A program made the position numbers and the translations under genes. From Paramagnetospirillum kuznetsovii (GTDB lineage Bacteria; Pseudomonadota; Alphaproteobacteria; Rhodospirillales; Magnetospirillaceae): a stretch of DNA of 32,000 bases. The notes below the pieces were generated by a model. It searched no databases, was not told the DNA's origin, and saw nothing but the letters and a program-made list of their open reading frames with translations. The stretch is from assembly GCF_003284725.1 (NCBI RefSeq), contig NZ_PGTO01000003.1, positions 250,153-282,152 on the forward strand, in the 5' to 3' direction. This document shows, one piece after another, positions 1 through 9,495 of this stretch (position 1 is the first letter of the stretch; each line of letters starts with the position of its first letter).

Positions 1-16
1 GGCACGGATCAGCTCG

Positions 17-1255
17 CTACAGCAGGCGGACGAGGTGTTGCTCCAGCAAATCCAGCGGCACCTCTTCCTGCGAACCGCCATCGAGGTCGCGGATGGTGAC
101 GGCGCGCCGTGCCGTTTCCTCCTGCCCGCAGATCACCGCGAAGCGGGCATTGGCCTTGTTGGCCCGGGCCATGCGCTTCTTCATGTTGCCGGAATAGCCC
201 ATATCCACCGAAATGCCAGCGCGGCGCAGCCGCTCGGCCACATGCATGGCGGCCATGTCGTCGCCCATGGGAATGACGCTGACGGGGCGCGGCAGGGGCG
301 GTGGCTCCTCCACCAGCATGGACAGGCGCTCGACGCCGGCCGCCCAGCCGATGCCCGGCGTGCGCGCCCCGCCCATCTGGGCGATCAGCTCGTCATAGCG
401 CCCACCGGCCAGCACGGTGCCCTGGGCGCCCAGCGAGGTCGTGGTGAATTCGAAGGCGGTGTGGCAGTAGTAGTCGAGGCCGCGCACCAGCCGGGGATTG
501 ACCATGAAGGGAATCCCCAGGGTCTGGAGCCCGGAGGTGACGGTCTGGAAGAACTCGCGGGCGGCGGGCGACAGCGACTCGGTCATCAACGGCGCGTTCT
601 CGACGATGCGACGGTCGCCCTCGTCCTTGGAATCGAGGATACGGAGCGGATTGCGATCCAGTCGGTTGCGGCTGTCCTCGCTCAAGGCCGAACGGAAGTC
701 CGACAGATAGGCGGTCAGGGTATTGCGATAGGCCTCGCGGCTTTCGGCGTCGCCCAGGGTGTTGATCTCGAGGCGGACCTTGGAGGCCAGACCCAACTCG
801 CTCAGCACCCGCCACGCCAAGGCGATGACCTCCACGTCGGCCAGCGGCGATTCGACGCCCAGCAGTTCGACGCCCACCTGATGGAACTGGCGCAGGCGTC
901 CCTTCTGCGGCCGCTCGTGGCGGAACATGGGGCCGCGATAGAACAGCTTCAGCGGCAAGGATTGGGCGAGGCCGTTGGAAATGAAGGCGCGGGCCACCCC
1001 GGCGGTGCCCTCCGGGCGCAGCGTGAGGGATTCCCCCGAACGGTCGGAGAAGGTGTACATCTCCTTGGTCACCACGTCGGAAGTTTCGCCGAGCGTGCGC
1101 GAGAACACCTCGGTGAATTCGAAGATGGGGGTCGAAACCTCGCCGAAGCCATAGCGGCGGGCGGCGGTGAAAGCGGCCTCCTCCACCCAGCGATGACGGC
1201 GGGACTCGTCGGGGAGCAGGTCGTGGGTGCCGCGAACCGGCTGCAAAGAAGACAA
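17..1255 (-). CDS. hisS: Histidine--tRNA ligase (class II HisRS)
   Basis: The ORF 17..1345 translation carries HisRS hallmarks (VRGTHDLLP, TLRPEGTAGVARAF, MFRHERPQKGRLRQFHQ, LAGGRYDELI). The first ~30 aa of the tracked ORF overlap ispG and look non-native. TTG at 1255 lies 8 nt after AAGGAAGG and just past the ispG stop (1260-1262), so I trimmed the start to it. Start codon is uncertain. Confidence 0.9.
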   Translation of the reverse strand: MSSLQPVRGTHDLLPDESRRHRWVEEAAFTAARRYGFGEVSTPIFEFTEVFSRTLGETSDVVTKEMYTFSDRSGESLTLRPEGTAGVARAFISNGLAQSLPLKLFYRGPMFRHERPQKGRLRQFHQVGVELLGVESPLADVEVIALAWRVLSELGLASKVRLEINTLGDAESREAYRNTLTAYLSDFRSALSEDSRNRLDRNPLRILDSKDEGDRRIVENAPLMTESLSPAAREFFQTVTSGLQTLGIPFMVNPRLVRGLDYYCHTAFEFTTTSLGAQGTVLAGGRYDELIAQMGGARTPGIGWAAGVERLSMLVEEPPPLPRPVSVIPMGDDMAAMHVAERLRRAGISVDMGYSGNMKKRMARANKANARFAVICGQEETARRAVTIRDLDGGSQEEVPLDLLEQHLVRLL

Positions 1256-1259
1256 GGGT

Positions 1260-2372
1260 TCAACCTTCCTTTTTCTTGGCGGCTTCGATCTCGGCGGCAC
1301 GCTTTTCCACCAATTCGACGATGTGATCCACCATGGTGCCGCCATCGACGTTATGGTCGGGCGAGCCGCCGATATAGACCTTGTGGGTATCGCTGCCGCC
1401 GCCGGTAATCCCGACCATGGTCTCGCGCGCTTCGCCGGGTCCGTTGACGACGCAGCCCAGGATGGACAGCGTCACCGGGGCGCGAATATGGGACAGCCGG
1501 TTTTCCAGGGTCTCCACCGTCTTGATGACGTCGAAGCCCTGACGGGCGCAAGACGGGCACGACACGATGCGGACGCCGCGATGGCGCAGATCCAGCGCCT
1601 TCAGCATCTCGAAGCCGACCTTGACCTCCTCGGTGACATCGGCCGACAGCGAGACGCGCAGGGTGTCGCCGATGCCCTGCCACAGCAGCGAGCCGATGCC
1701 GATGGAGGATTTGACGGTGCCGCCGATCAGGCCGCCCGCCTCGGTGATGCCGAGATGGAGCGGATAGTCGCAGGCCTTGGCCAGGCCCTGATAGGCCGCC
1801 ACCGCCAGGAAGACATCGGAGGCCTTCACCGCGATCTTGAATTCGAAGAAGTCATTGTCTTCCAGTAGCTTGGCGTGTTCCAGCGCGCTTTCCACCAGGG
1901 CTTCCGGGCAGGGCTCGCCGTATTTGTCCAACAGATGCTTGTCCAGCGAACCGGCATTGACGCCGATGCGCATGGAACAGCCGTTGTCCTTGGCGGCCTT
2001 CACCACTTCCTTGACGCGATCGTGCGAGCCGATATTGCCGGGATTGATGCGCAGGCAGGCGGCACCGGCCAGGGCGGCCTCGATGCCGCGCTTGTAGTGG
2101 AAGTGGATGTCGGCGATCAAGGGGACCGGTGATTCCTTGGCGATGGCCTTGAAGGCCGCCGTGGAGTCCTCGTCGGGGCACGAGACCCGCACGATATCGG
2201 CACCGGCATCGGCGGCGCGGCGGATCTGCTCCAGCGTGCCCTTCACGTCGGTGGTCAGCGTGTTGGTCATGGTCTGGACCGAGATGGGGGCATCGCCGCC
2301 GACGGCTACCGAGCCCACATGGATTTGCCGCGACTTGCGTCGGCTGATTTCACGATAGGGGCGCAGACTCAT
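1260..2372 (-). CDS. ispG: 4-hydroxy-3-methylbut-2-en-1-yl diphosphate synthase (MEP pathway, IspG/GcpE)
   Basis: The 370-aa translation is typical IspG end to end ([62 protein letters not shown]). It lies in the rodZ-ispG-hisS order also known from E. coli. Confidence 0.95.
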   Translation of the reverse strand: MSLRPYREISRRKSRQIHVGSVAVGGDAPISVQTMTNTLTTDVKGTLEQIRRAADAGADIVRVSCPDEDSTAAFKAIAKESPVPLIADIHFHYKRGIEAALAGAACLRINPGNIGSHDRVKEVVKAAKDNGCSMRIGVNAGSLDKHLLDKYGEPCPEALVESALEHAKLLEDNDFFEFKIAVKASDVFLAVAAYQGLAKACDYPLHLGITEAGGLIGGTVKSSIGIGSLLWQGIGDTLRVSLSADVTEEVKVGFEMLKALDLRHRGVRIVSCPSCARQGFDVIKTVETLENRLSHIRAPVTLSILGCVVNGPGEARETMVGITGGGSDTHKVYIGGSPDHNVDGGTMVDHIVELVEKRAAEIEAAKKKEG

Positions 2373-2481
2373 GGACTCGTTCTTTCTTGCAAGGACGACC
2401 TCGCATCCACCGGCGAGGTGGAAGCGAGGGTTTATACCGCATCTGCGGACCGGTCCGAAAGCGACAAGCTAATTGTGGGTA

Positions 2482-3801
2482 TCAGCCCCCCGAGGACAGC
2501 TTGTCCGGATCAAGGCGGATGTCGCGCCGCACTTGGCCGACGGCACCCAGTGCCGGAGCCTTCTTGCCGTCGATGGAGACTTCCAGTGAACCGGCATTGC
2601 CCACCATCAGATTGAGGCCGGGGCGATTGGGAACCCGATAGCTGTCGCCGCGCCGCAACAGGCGGCTCATGAGCAGCGAACCGTCCAGTTCGCGCACCTG
2701 AATCCAGCAATCGTCGCCGGTGGCCTTCAACACCACGCGGGCGTCGGCGGTCTCGCTGCCATAGATCTTGCCGTCGGCACCGGTCGTCACCCCGGGTTCC
2801 GCCTTGGGTGCTTCCGCCTTGGGCGGCTCGGGCTTGGCGGGTTCGGGTTTGGCGGGTTCGGGCTTGGGCGGCTCCACCTTAGCAGGTTCGGGCTTGGCGG
2901 GCTCGACTTTCGCTGTCTCCACCTTGGGGGGCTCCACCTTAACCGGCTCTGGCTTGGGCGGCTCCACCTTGGCGGGTTCGGGCTTGACGGGTTCGGGCTT
3001 GGCGGCGGCGGTTTCGACCGGCGGCGGCGCAACCACCCCGGCCGGGGGAGCCACCGGCTTTTCTTCCTCGGCTTCCTGGGGAGGAACCACGTCCTCCTTG
3101 GCCTTGACCTGCTCCTCGGCGGGCTTGGCGGCCTCGCCCGCGGTCTTGGCATCGCCGGTCAGGGCCGCTTGGCGGGTCAGGATGGTCGACAGCCGGTCGG
3201 GCAGCGGCGGGACGATCTCGGCGACCTTGGCGTTGTTGGCCGACAGCATATACCAGCCGCCATAGGCCACCGCCGCCAGAATGATGCCGAGGAAGATCAC
3301 CGCGCCGCCAGGAATGCGGCCTTCGGTCTCCGGCGAGGGAAACGAAAGCTCGGCACGGGTGGCGAAGCCACCGGCGCCTTCCTGACGGAAGCGGCGAACC
3401 ATTTCCTCGCCATCCAGCGACAGATATTCGGCATAGGTGCGCAAGAAACCGGCGGCATAGGTTCCGCCGGGCAGATCCCGATGGCGGCCCTCTTCCAAGG
3501 CTTCCAGGAACGGCTGGCGGATGCGCAGTTGCTTGGCGCAATCGGCCAGACTCTTGCCCATGCGCTCGCGGGCGGCGCGCAAGGTCGGGCCGACACCGGA
3601 GGTGGGGGCGGGCGGTGCGATCACCGCAGGCGCCACGGGCTCGGGGCTCGGCGCCGCCACGACCATCTCGGCCACCGGGGCGGCATCGGGCTCGGAAGCG
3701 GAAATGGCGGCCATATCCGGCTCGAGAACCGATTGTTCAGGCTGATCCAGGGCGGGATCGGCGGGCGTCTCGGACTTTTGCTCGGAAACGGGGGGTTCCA
3801 C
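2482..3801 (-). CDS. rodZ: RodZ-like cytoskeleton-associated protein (N-terminal HTH, one TM segment, Pro-rich linker, C-terminal DUF4115-like domain)
   Basis: HTH segment VGPTLRAARERMGKSLADCAKQLRIRQPFLEALEEG followed by YAAGFLRTYAEYL. TM helix AVIFLGIILAAVAYGGWYML. Long PEPxK/VEPPK linker. Conserved tail (DCWIQVRELDGSLL...GNAGSLEVSIDGK). Sits directly upstream of ispG. The tracked start is GTG at 3801 and the true start is uncertain. Confidence 0.75.
   Translation of the reverse strand: MEPPVSEQKSETPADPALDQPEQSVLEPDMAAISASEPDAAPVAEMVVAAPSPEPVAPAVIAPPAPTSGVGPTLRAARERMGKSLADCAKQLRIRQPFLEALEEGRHRDLPGGTYAAGFLRTYAEYLSLDGEEMVRRFRQEGAGGFATRAELSFPSPETEGRIPGGAVIFLGIILAAVAYGGWYMLSANNAKVAEIVPPLPDRLSTILTRQAALTGDAKTAGEAAKPAEEQVKAKEDVVPPQEAEEEKPVAPPAGVVAPPPVETAAAKPEPVKPEPAKVEPPKPEPVKVEPPKVETAKVEPAKPEPAKVEPPKPEPAKPEPAKPEPPKAEAPKAEPGVTTGADGKIYGSETADARVVLKATGDDCWIQVRELDGSLLMSRLLRRGDSYRVPNRPGLNLMVGNAGSLEVSIDGKKAPALGAVGQVRRDIRLDPDKLSSGG
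2800..3005 (-). repeat. In-frame 15-nt periodic repeat encoding (K/V)(P/E)EP(A/V/P)K units inside the RodZ-like gene
   Basis: The plus strand shows reiterated ggcgggttcgggctt / gggcggctccacctt units. The translation is KPEPVKPEPAKVEPPKPEPVKVEPPKVETAKVEPAKPEPAKVEPPKPEPAKPEPAKPEPPKAEAPKAEP. Confidence 0.85.
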
Positions 3802-3898
3802 GGCAGATGAACCTTTCCTTCAATCCGGGATTAGCCAGGAATTCCATCCCTGTGTAGCAAACCCCGGGGGCAAGTGGCAACCATGGCGGGGCGGCCCG

Positions 3899-6166
3899 TC
3901 AGAGCGCCACGCCATGATCGTGAGCGAAGTTCTTCAATTTATGACGCAGGCTATGATCGGGCGAGTCCAAGAGGGTCTCCATATAGGACCACAGTTCCTC
4001 GACGTTCAGGCTGCGCACCATGGTCTTGACCGGACCGATGGACGGCGATGCCACCGACAGCGAGCGGATGCCGACCGCGATCAGTCCCATGGCTTCCAGC
4101 GGACGGCCCGCCATCTCGCCGCATACCGACAGCGACACGTCGTATTCGCGGCACTTGGCCGCCACATAGCGCATGAACCGCATCATGGTCGGGGCCAGCG
4201 TGTCATAGCGTTCGGCGATGCGGGGATTGCCGCGATCCACCGCGAACAGGAACTGCATCAGGTCGTTGGTGCCGATGGAGACGAAATCCACCAGCGGCAA
4301 CAAGGCGTCCAGTTGCAGGGCCAAGGCGGGAACTTCCAGCATGGTTCCCACCCGCACCCGGATCGGCAGCGGATTTCCGACCTGGGCTTCCCGTTCGATC
4401 TCGATGTCGAGGATGCGGCGCGCCTGGACCAGTTCGGCCACCTCGGCCACCATGGGGAACATCACCGACAGTTCACGGCCGGCGGCGGCGCGCAGCAGGG
4501 CCCGCAACTGATGACGCATGACCGCCGGACGATCGAGCGTGATGCGGATGGAACGCCACCCCATGGCGGGGTTGTCTTCCTCATAGGGATTCCAGTAGGG
4601 CAGCACCTTGTCGCCGCCTACGTCCAGGGTGCGGAACACCACCGGCTTGCCCTCGGCCTGATCCATGATCTTCTTGTAGAGCAGCGTCTGGGCCGCCACG
4701 TCGGGAAGCGAGGAACGCGCCATGAAGGGCAGCTCGGTGCGATAGAGGCCGATGCCGTCGGAGCCGGATTCGTGCAGGTGCTGCAAGTCCAGCAGCAGAC
4801 CGGCATTCATATGGATGGCGATCTTGACGCCGTCGCGGGTCACCGCGGGCAGATCGCGCAAGCGGGCATAGACCGCCTTGCGTAGCTGACGCTGACTGAT
4901 GGCGTCGGCGAAGGTCTCGCGGATGTCGTCCGGCGGGCGGATGAAGACCTGGCCGTTGTCGCCGTCGCAGATGACCGGGTCCAGCGGCTCGATCTTGTCG
5001 AGCACGTCCTTGACGCGCCCCACCACCGGAATATCCAGGGCACGGGCGACGATGGCCACATGGGCGGTGGCCGAGCCTTCTTCCAGAACCAGACCGCGCA
5101 GCCGCTTGGGGTCGTAGTCGAACAGCTCCATCGGCCCCATGTTGCGGCCGATCAGGATGGAGTTTTCCGGCAATTCGCCGCGCGGCACTTCCTCGTCGTC
5201 GCCCGACAGGTATTGCAGCAGGCGATTGGCCAGATCCTCGAAATCGTGCATGCGCTCGCGCAGATACGGATCGGTGATCTGGCTCATGCGGGCGCGGGTA
5301 TCGTCGTGGACCTTCTGGACCGCCGCCTCGGCGGTCAGGCCGGTGCGGATGGCCTCGCTGATGCGGTTGATCCAGCCCTTGTCCTCGGTGAACATGCGGT
5401 AGGTCTCGAGCACGTCGCGGTGCTCGCCGTCGCGCATTTCAGGCCGCGAGAACAATTCTTCCAACGCCGTCTTGATACCGGCCAGCGCCTTCTTCAGGCG
5501 CTCCAACTCCACATCGGGGTCTTCGGCCACCAAACGGCGGATGGTGATGCGCGGACGGTGCAGCACGGCGATGCCGATGCCGACGCCGCCGTTCAGCTTG
5601 ACGCCTTCCAGACGCAGCGGCAGCAGGGCATTGCCGTCCACCGGCACCAGTTCGGAGCGGTTGACCAACTCGCCAGAGGCCACCAGCTCCGCCAGCACCA
5701 TGGCGACGGTTTCCAGCGTCTCGATCTCTTCATCGGTGTAGTGACGCATGGTGCGGTTCTGCACCACCAGGACGCCGACCACCCGCGAACCCCGGATGAT
5801 GGGAACGCCCATCAGCGAATGGAAGATCTCTTCGCCGGTTTCCGGCCGATAGGCGAAATTGGGATGGGCCTGGGCATCGGCCAGGGCCAGGGGGCGGGCA
5901 TGGGCGGCGATGTCGCCGACGAGGCCTTCGCCCACCCGCAGACGGGTCTGGTGGACAGCGTCCTTGCGCAGACCCTCGGTGGAGAACAGTTCCAGGATGT
6001 CGCCAGCCCGCATGACGTAGCACGAGCACACCTCGGCCACCATGTCGGCGGCGATCAGGGTGACGACCTTGTCGAGGCGTTCCTGAGCGGTACCGCCGCC
6101 GGCCATGACGTCTCGCAAGCGCCCCAGCAACCGCCTCGATACGGACGTCGTGCCGGCGGTCAGCAT
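3899..6166 (-). CDS. ptsP: Phosphoenolpyruvate--protein phosphotransferase EI-Ntr (N-terminal GAF domain plus PEP-utilising enzyme domains)
   Basis: 755 aa. The N-terminus LLGRLRDVMAGGGTAQERLDKVVTLIAADMVAEVCSCYVMR is the PtsP GAF region. The C-terminal half has Enzyme I motifs (GSATAHVAIVARALDIPVV, GLYRTELPF, FRTLDVGGDK, SIGTNDLMQF). Confidence 0.9.
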   Translation of the reverse strand: MLTAGTTSVSRRLLGRLRDVMAGGGTAQERLDKVVTLIAADMVAEVCSCYVMRAGDILELFSTEGLRKDAVHQTRLRVGEGLVGDIAAHARPLALADAQAHPNFAYRPETGEEIFHSLMGVPIIRGSRVVGVLVVQNRTMRHYTDEEIETLETVAMVLAELVASGELVNRSELVPVDGNALLPLRLEGVKLNGGVGIGIAVLHRPRITIRRLVAEDPDVELERLKKALAGIKTALEELFSRPEMRDGEHRDVLETYRMFTEDKGWINRISEAIRTGLTAEAAVQKVHDDTRARMSQITDPYLRERMHDFEDLANRLLQYLSGDDEEVPRGELPENSILIGRNMGPMELFDYDPKRLRGLVLEEGSATAHVAIVARALDIPVVGRVKDVLDKIEPLDPVICDGDNGQVFIRPPDDIRETFADAISQRQLRKAVYARLRDLPAVTRDGVKIAIHMNAGLLLDLQHLHESGSDGIGLYRTELPFMARSSLPDVAAQTLLYKKIMDQAEGKPVVFRTLDVGGDKVLPYWNPYEEDNPAMGWRSIRITLDRPAVMRHQLRALLRAAAGRELSVMFPMVAEVAELVQARRILDIEIEREAQVGNPLPIRVRVGTMLEVPALALQLDALLPLVDFVSIGTNDLMQFLFAVDRGNPRIAERYDTLAPTMMRFMRYVAAKCREYDVSLSVCGEMAGRPLEAMGLIAVGIRSLSVASPSIGPVKTMVRSLNVEELWSYMETLLDSPDHSLRHKLKNFAHDHGVAL

Positions 6167-7200
6167 TTCACCATCGTCGAGACCGGGCCTTCCCGGGCGG
6201 CAAGCGCCGCCACGGCCTGATCGACCAGTTCGCCGAGGATTTCGGCGGTCGCCTGTTCACGGGTCACCAGACCGACGCTTTGGCCCGCCATGACGGAGCC
6301 GTTCTCCACATCGCCGTCGATCACCGCGCGCTTCAGGGCGCCCGCCCAAAAATGCTCGATCCGCAACTGGGCTTCCTTCTGGTCGATCTCGCCCGACCGG
6401 ACCCGCTGGACCACCTCCATCTGGAACAGAACGAATTTCTTGGTGGCGTTGTTGCCCAGCGCTCGGACCGGGATCACCGGGAACTGCGGGTCAACCTGTA
6501 CACTGGGAATGGCGTCGCGTGCGGCGGCGCGAATGAAGGCCTGCTTGAATTTGGGATGGGCCACGCATTCGGTGGCGCAGACGAAGCGGGTGCCCAACTG
6601 GCAGCCCGAGGCCCCCATTTCCAGATAAGAGACCACCGCTTCGCCGCGACCGATGCCACCGGCCACGAAAACCGGAACCTCGTCGATGATGGGCAGGATT
6701 TCCTGGGCCAGCACGCTGGTCGCCACCGGGCCGATATGGCCACCGGCCTCGGTGCCCTCGATCACCAGGGCGTCGGCGCCCGAACGCAGCAGCTTCTTCG
6801 CCGCCACCGGCGCGGGAGCGAAGCAAATCACCTTGGCGCCGGTATCCTTGGCCCGCTTTATGGCGGAGCTGGGCGGCAGGCCACCGGCCAGCACGATATG
6901 GCCCACCTGCATCTCGCCGCAGACGTCGATCAGGGCGTCGAGATCGGGATGCAGCGTGATGAGGTTGACGCCGAACGGCTTGCGCGTGCGTTCCTGGGTG
7001 GCGTGGATTTCCTCGGCCAGCAGGGCGGGCGACATGGAGCCGCAGGCCAGCACGCCGAAACCGCCGCCATTGGATATGGCGGCGACCAGATTGCGCTCGG
7101 AGATCCACGACATGGCTCCGCCCATGATGGCCAGTTCGGTGCCGAGAAAGTCCCGACCCCGCCGCCAAAGATGTTCAAGCCGCTGCCTGGCCTTATCCAT
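6160..7200 (-). CDS. FMN-dependent nitronate monooxygenase / FabK-like (NPD family) oxidoreductase
   Basis: 346 aa with NPD-family signatures (IMGGAMSWISERNLVAAISNGGGFGVL, ALVIEGTEAGGHIG, PVFVAGGIGRGE). Its stop overlaps the ptsP start by 7 nt, and its start is 8 nt downstream of the lysC stop. Confidence 0.8.
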   Translation of the reverse strand: MDKARQRLEHLWRRGRDFLGTELAIMGGAMSWISERNLVAAISNGGGFGVLACGSMSPALLAEEIHATQERTRKPFGVNLITLHPDLDALIDVCGEMQVGHIVLAGGLPPSSAIKRAKDTGAKVICFAPAPVAAKKLLRSGADALVIEGTEAGGHIGPVATSVLAQEILPIIDEVPVFVAGGIGRGEAVVSYLEMGASGCQLGTRFVCATECVAHPKFKQAFIRAAARDAIPSVQVDPQFPVIPVRALGNNATKKFVLFQMEVVQRVRSGEIDQKEAQLRIEHFWAGALKRAVIDGDVENGSVMAGQSVGLVTREQATAEILGELVDQAVAALAAREGPVSTMVKC

Positions 7201-7208
7201 GTAATTCC

Positions 7209-8429
7209 CTAGGCTGCGTCGAGGCCGTATGCGGTATGCAGGGCCCGAAGCGCCAATTCGGTGTACTTTTCCTCGATCAGGACGCTGATCTTGATCTCGG
7301 AGGTGGAGATCACCTGGATGTTGATGCCTTCCGAGGCCAGGGTCTGGAACATCTTCTGGGCGATGCCCGCGTGCGAGCGCATGCCGACGCCGATCACCGA
7401 GACCTTGACCACGTTGGGATCGGAAATCAGCTTTTCGTATCCCAGCGCGCCCTTGTGCTCTTCCAGAACCTTCTTGGCCCGTTCCAGGTCGGCATTGCCG
7501 ACGGTAAAGGTCAGGTCGGTGGACTTGCCGTCCTCGGACACGTTCTGGACGATCATGTCCACATTGACGGCGGCCTCGGCCAGGGGGCCGAAGATGGCCG
7601 CAGCCACGCCCGGCCGGTCGGCGACGCGCACCAGGGTAACCTTCGCCTCGTCGCGGCTATAGGCGATGCCGCTTACCAGTTCCTTTTCCACGATCTCATC
7701 CTCATCGCAAACGAGAGTCCCAGGCTTATCCTCGAAGCTCGACAGAACCTGCACCCGCACCCGGTGCTTCATGGCCATCTCGACCGAGCGGGTCTGCAGC
7801 ACCTTGGCGCCGACCGAGGCCAGCTCCAGCATTTCCTCGTAGGTGATCTTGTCGAGTTTCCTCGCCTTGGTCACGATCCGGGGATCGGTGGTGTAGACGC
7901 CGTCCACGTCAGTGTAGATGTCGCAGCGGTCCGCCTTCAAGGCCGCCGCCAGCGCCACCGCCGAGGTATCGGAACCGCCGCGCCCCAGCGTCGAGATGCG
8001 CTTGTCCGGCCCCAGGCCCTGGAAGCCGGCCACCACCGCCACCTCGCCCTTGCCCATGCGCGCGATCATCTCGTCCGTCTCGATGGACATGATGCGCGCC
8101 TTGCCATGGACGCCGTCGGTATGGATCGGCAACTGCCAGCCGCACCAGGACCGGGCCGACTGGCCGATTTCCTGCAGCGCGATGGCCAATAGGCCGGTCG
8201 TGACCTGTTCGCCGGTGGCGACCACGGCGTCATATTCGCGCGCATCATGCAACGGAGCGATCTGCGAGCACCACGCCACCAATTGGTTGGTCGCGCCGGA
8301 CATGGCGGAGACCACCACCGCCACCTCGTTGCCGGAATCCACCTCGCGCTTGACGCGGTTGGCGACATTCTTGATCCGCTCGATGTCGGCAACGGACGTG
8401 CCGCCGAATTTCATAACGATGCGAGCCAT
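7209..8429 (-). CDS. lysC: Aspartate kinase
   Basis: 406 aa. [56 protein letters not shown] and two C-terminal ACT-like regions. Confidence 0.95.
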   Translation of the reverse strand: MARIVMKFGGTSVADIERIKNVANRVKREVDSGNEVAVVVSAMSGATNQLVAWCSQIAPLHDAREYDAVVATGEQVTTGLLAIALQEIGQSARSWCGWQLPIHTDGVHGKARIMSIETDEMIARMGKGEVAVVAGFQGLGPDKRISTLGRGGSDTSAVALAAALKADRCDIYTDVDGVYTTDPRIVTKARKLDKITYEEMLELASVGAKVLQTRSVEMAMKHRVRVQVLSSFEDKPGTLVCDEDEIVEKELVSGIAYSRDEAKVTLVRVADRPGVAAAIFGPLAEAAVNVDMIVQNVSEDGKSTDLTFTVGNADLERAKKVLEEHKGALGYEKLISDPNVVKVSVIGVGMRSHAGIAQKMFQTLASEGINIQVISTSEIKISVLIEEKYTELALRALHTAYGLDAA

Positions 8430-8603
8430 GCGAAAACCCTTTTGGGCCGGGCGTCCGGTCGCTCCAGACGCTTGCGGTCGGTTCTGAAAATCTTTTGCTT
8501 GTCCGGTTGCCGCCGGAAGGGCGCGTATTCATACTCTGTCGCCAGTTTGGAAGCAAGAGCGGCCCACCCCAGTCATAGGGGGGCGGCAAAGAGAGAGGGT
8601 TTC

Positions 8604-9341
8604 ATGAGCAGCCACCAGGGCACCGCGTCCGCCGAGGAAGTCGCCCGTTTCACCGCCATGGCCGAGGCATGGTGGGATCCGCTGGGCAAGTTCAAGCCGC
8701 TGCACCGCTTCAATCCCATCCGGCTGGCCTTCATGCGGCGTCATCTGTGCGCCCATTTCGGCCGCGACGAATCGGCCATGGCGCCGTTCCAGGGACTACG
8801 GCTGCTGGACGTCGGCTGCGGCGGCGGCCTGTTGTCCGAGCCGCTGGCCCGCATGGGCTTTTCCGTGACCGGCATCGATGCCGGCGACAAGAACGTGACC
8901 ATCGCCCGCCTGCATGCCGAGCAGTCCGGCCTGCCCATCGACTATCGCAACGCCACTCCGGAGCAATTGGCTGCCTCCGAGATGTTCGACGTGGTGCTGG
9001 GCATGGAGGTGGTGGAACACGTCCCCGATGTGGGCGACTTCCTCGGCCACGCCGCCGCCCGATTGAAGCCGGGCGGCATCTTCGCAGGCGCCACCCTCAA
9101 CCGCACCCTGAAGGCCTATGCCCTGGCGGTGGTGGGAGCGGAATACGTGCTGGGCTGGTTGCCCAAGGGCACCCACGACTGGCACAAATTCGTCCGTCCG
9201 TCGGAATTTGCCGCCATGCTGCGCGGCTGCGGCGTCGAGGTCACGGCCATGGCCGGCATGGCCTATTCGCCACTGACCGACGAATGGCGCGAAACCCAAA
9301 GCCTCGACGTCAATTACATGCTGCTCGGCACCAAGGGTTAA
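8604..9341 (+). CDS. ubiG: Ubiquinone biosynthesis O-methyltransferase (3-demethylubiquinol 3-O-methyltransferase)
   Basis: The ORF 8247..9341 is over-extended and overlaps lysC. ATG at 8604 follows GAGAGAGGG. From there the protein is typical UbiG ([73 protein letters not shown]). Confidence 0.9.
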   Translation: MSSHQGTASAEEVARFTAMAEAWWDPLGKFKPLHRFNPIRLAFMRRHLCAHFGRDESAMAPFQGLRLLDVGCGGGLLSEPLARMGFSVTGIDAGDKNVTIARLHAEQSGLPIDYRNATPEQLAASEMFDVVLGMEVVEHVPDVGDFLGHAAARLKPGGIFAGATLNRTLKAYALAVVGAEYVLGWLPKGTHDWHKFVRPSEFAAMLRGCGVEVTAMAGMAYSPLTDEWRETQSLDVNYMLLGTKG

Positions 9342-9369
9342 CAAAACTGGTTCCCGCCCCCTTTTTATC

Positions 9370-9495
9370 GTCACCCCCGCGCAGGCGGGGGGCCATGCTG
9401 ACGCAAGGCTGGGCTCCAACCACAAGAGTTTGAGTGGCGGATGCATGGATTCCCGCTTTCGCGGGAATGACGGGGGTTTTCCACACCTTGTTAAA
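9370..9495. repeat. Pair of REP-like GC-rich palindromic units in inverted orientation (BIME-like) between convergent ubiG and the FemAB-like gene
   Basis: Unit 1 is gtcaCCCCCGCgcagGCGGGGGgcc (9370-9394). Unit 2 is ggatTCCCGCtttcGCGGGAatgac (9447-9472), extended to 9495. The reverse complement of unit 2 (gtcattcccgcgaaagcgggaatcc) aligns to unit 1. Bases 9451-9495 recur at 14365-14409. Confidence 0.85.

Noticed and set aside
1256-1345. N-terminal extensions of tracked ORFs: hisS to 1345, ubiG from 8247, flaF to 11464, atpF2 to 12695, atpI to 14223, DUF721 to 19708, mutY from 19801, cowN to 21939, gatC from 21998, gatB from 23704, response regulator from 30207.
   Set aside because: The extensions overlap the neighbouring gene or a repeat element and lack family-like sequence. 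Internal starts with better SD spacing reproduce the expected family N-termini.
2800-3005. Regularly spaced short repeats that could superficially suggest a CRISPR-like array.
   Set aside because: The period is only 15 nt with no unique spacers. The tract is in frame inside the RodZ-like gene and encodes a PEPxK linker. No cas genes are present.
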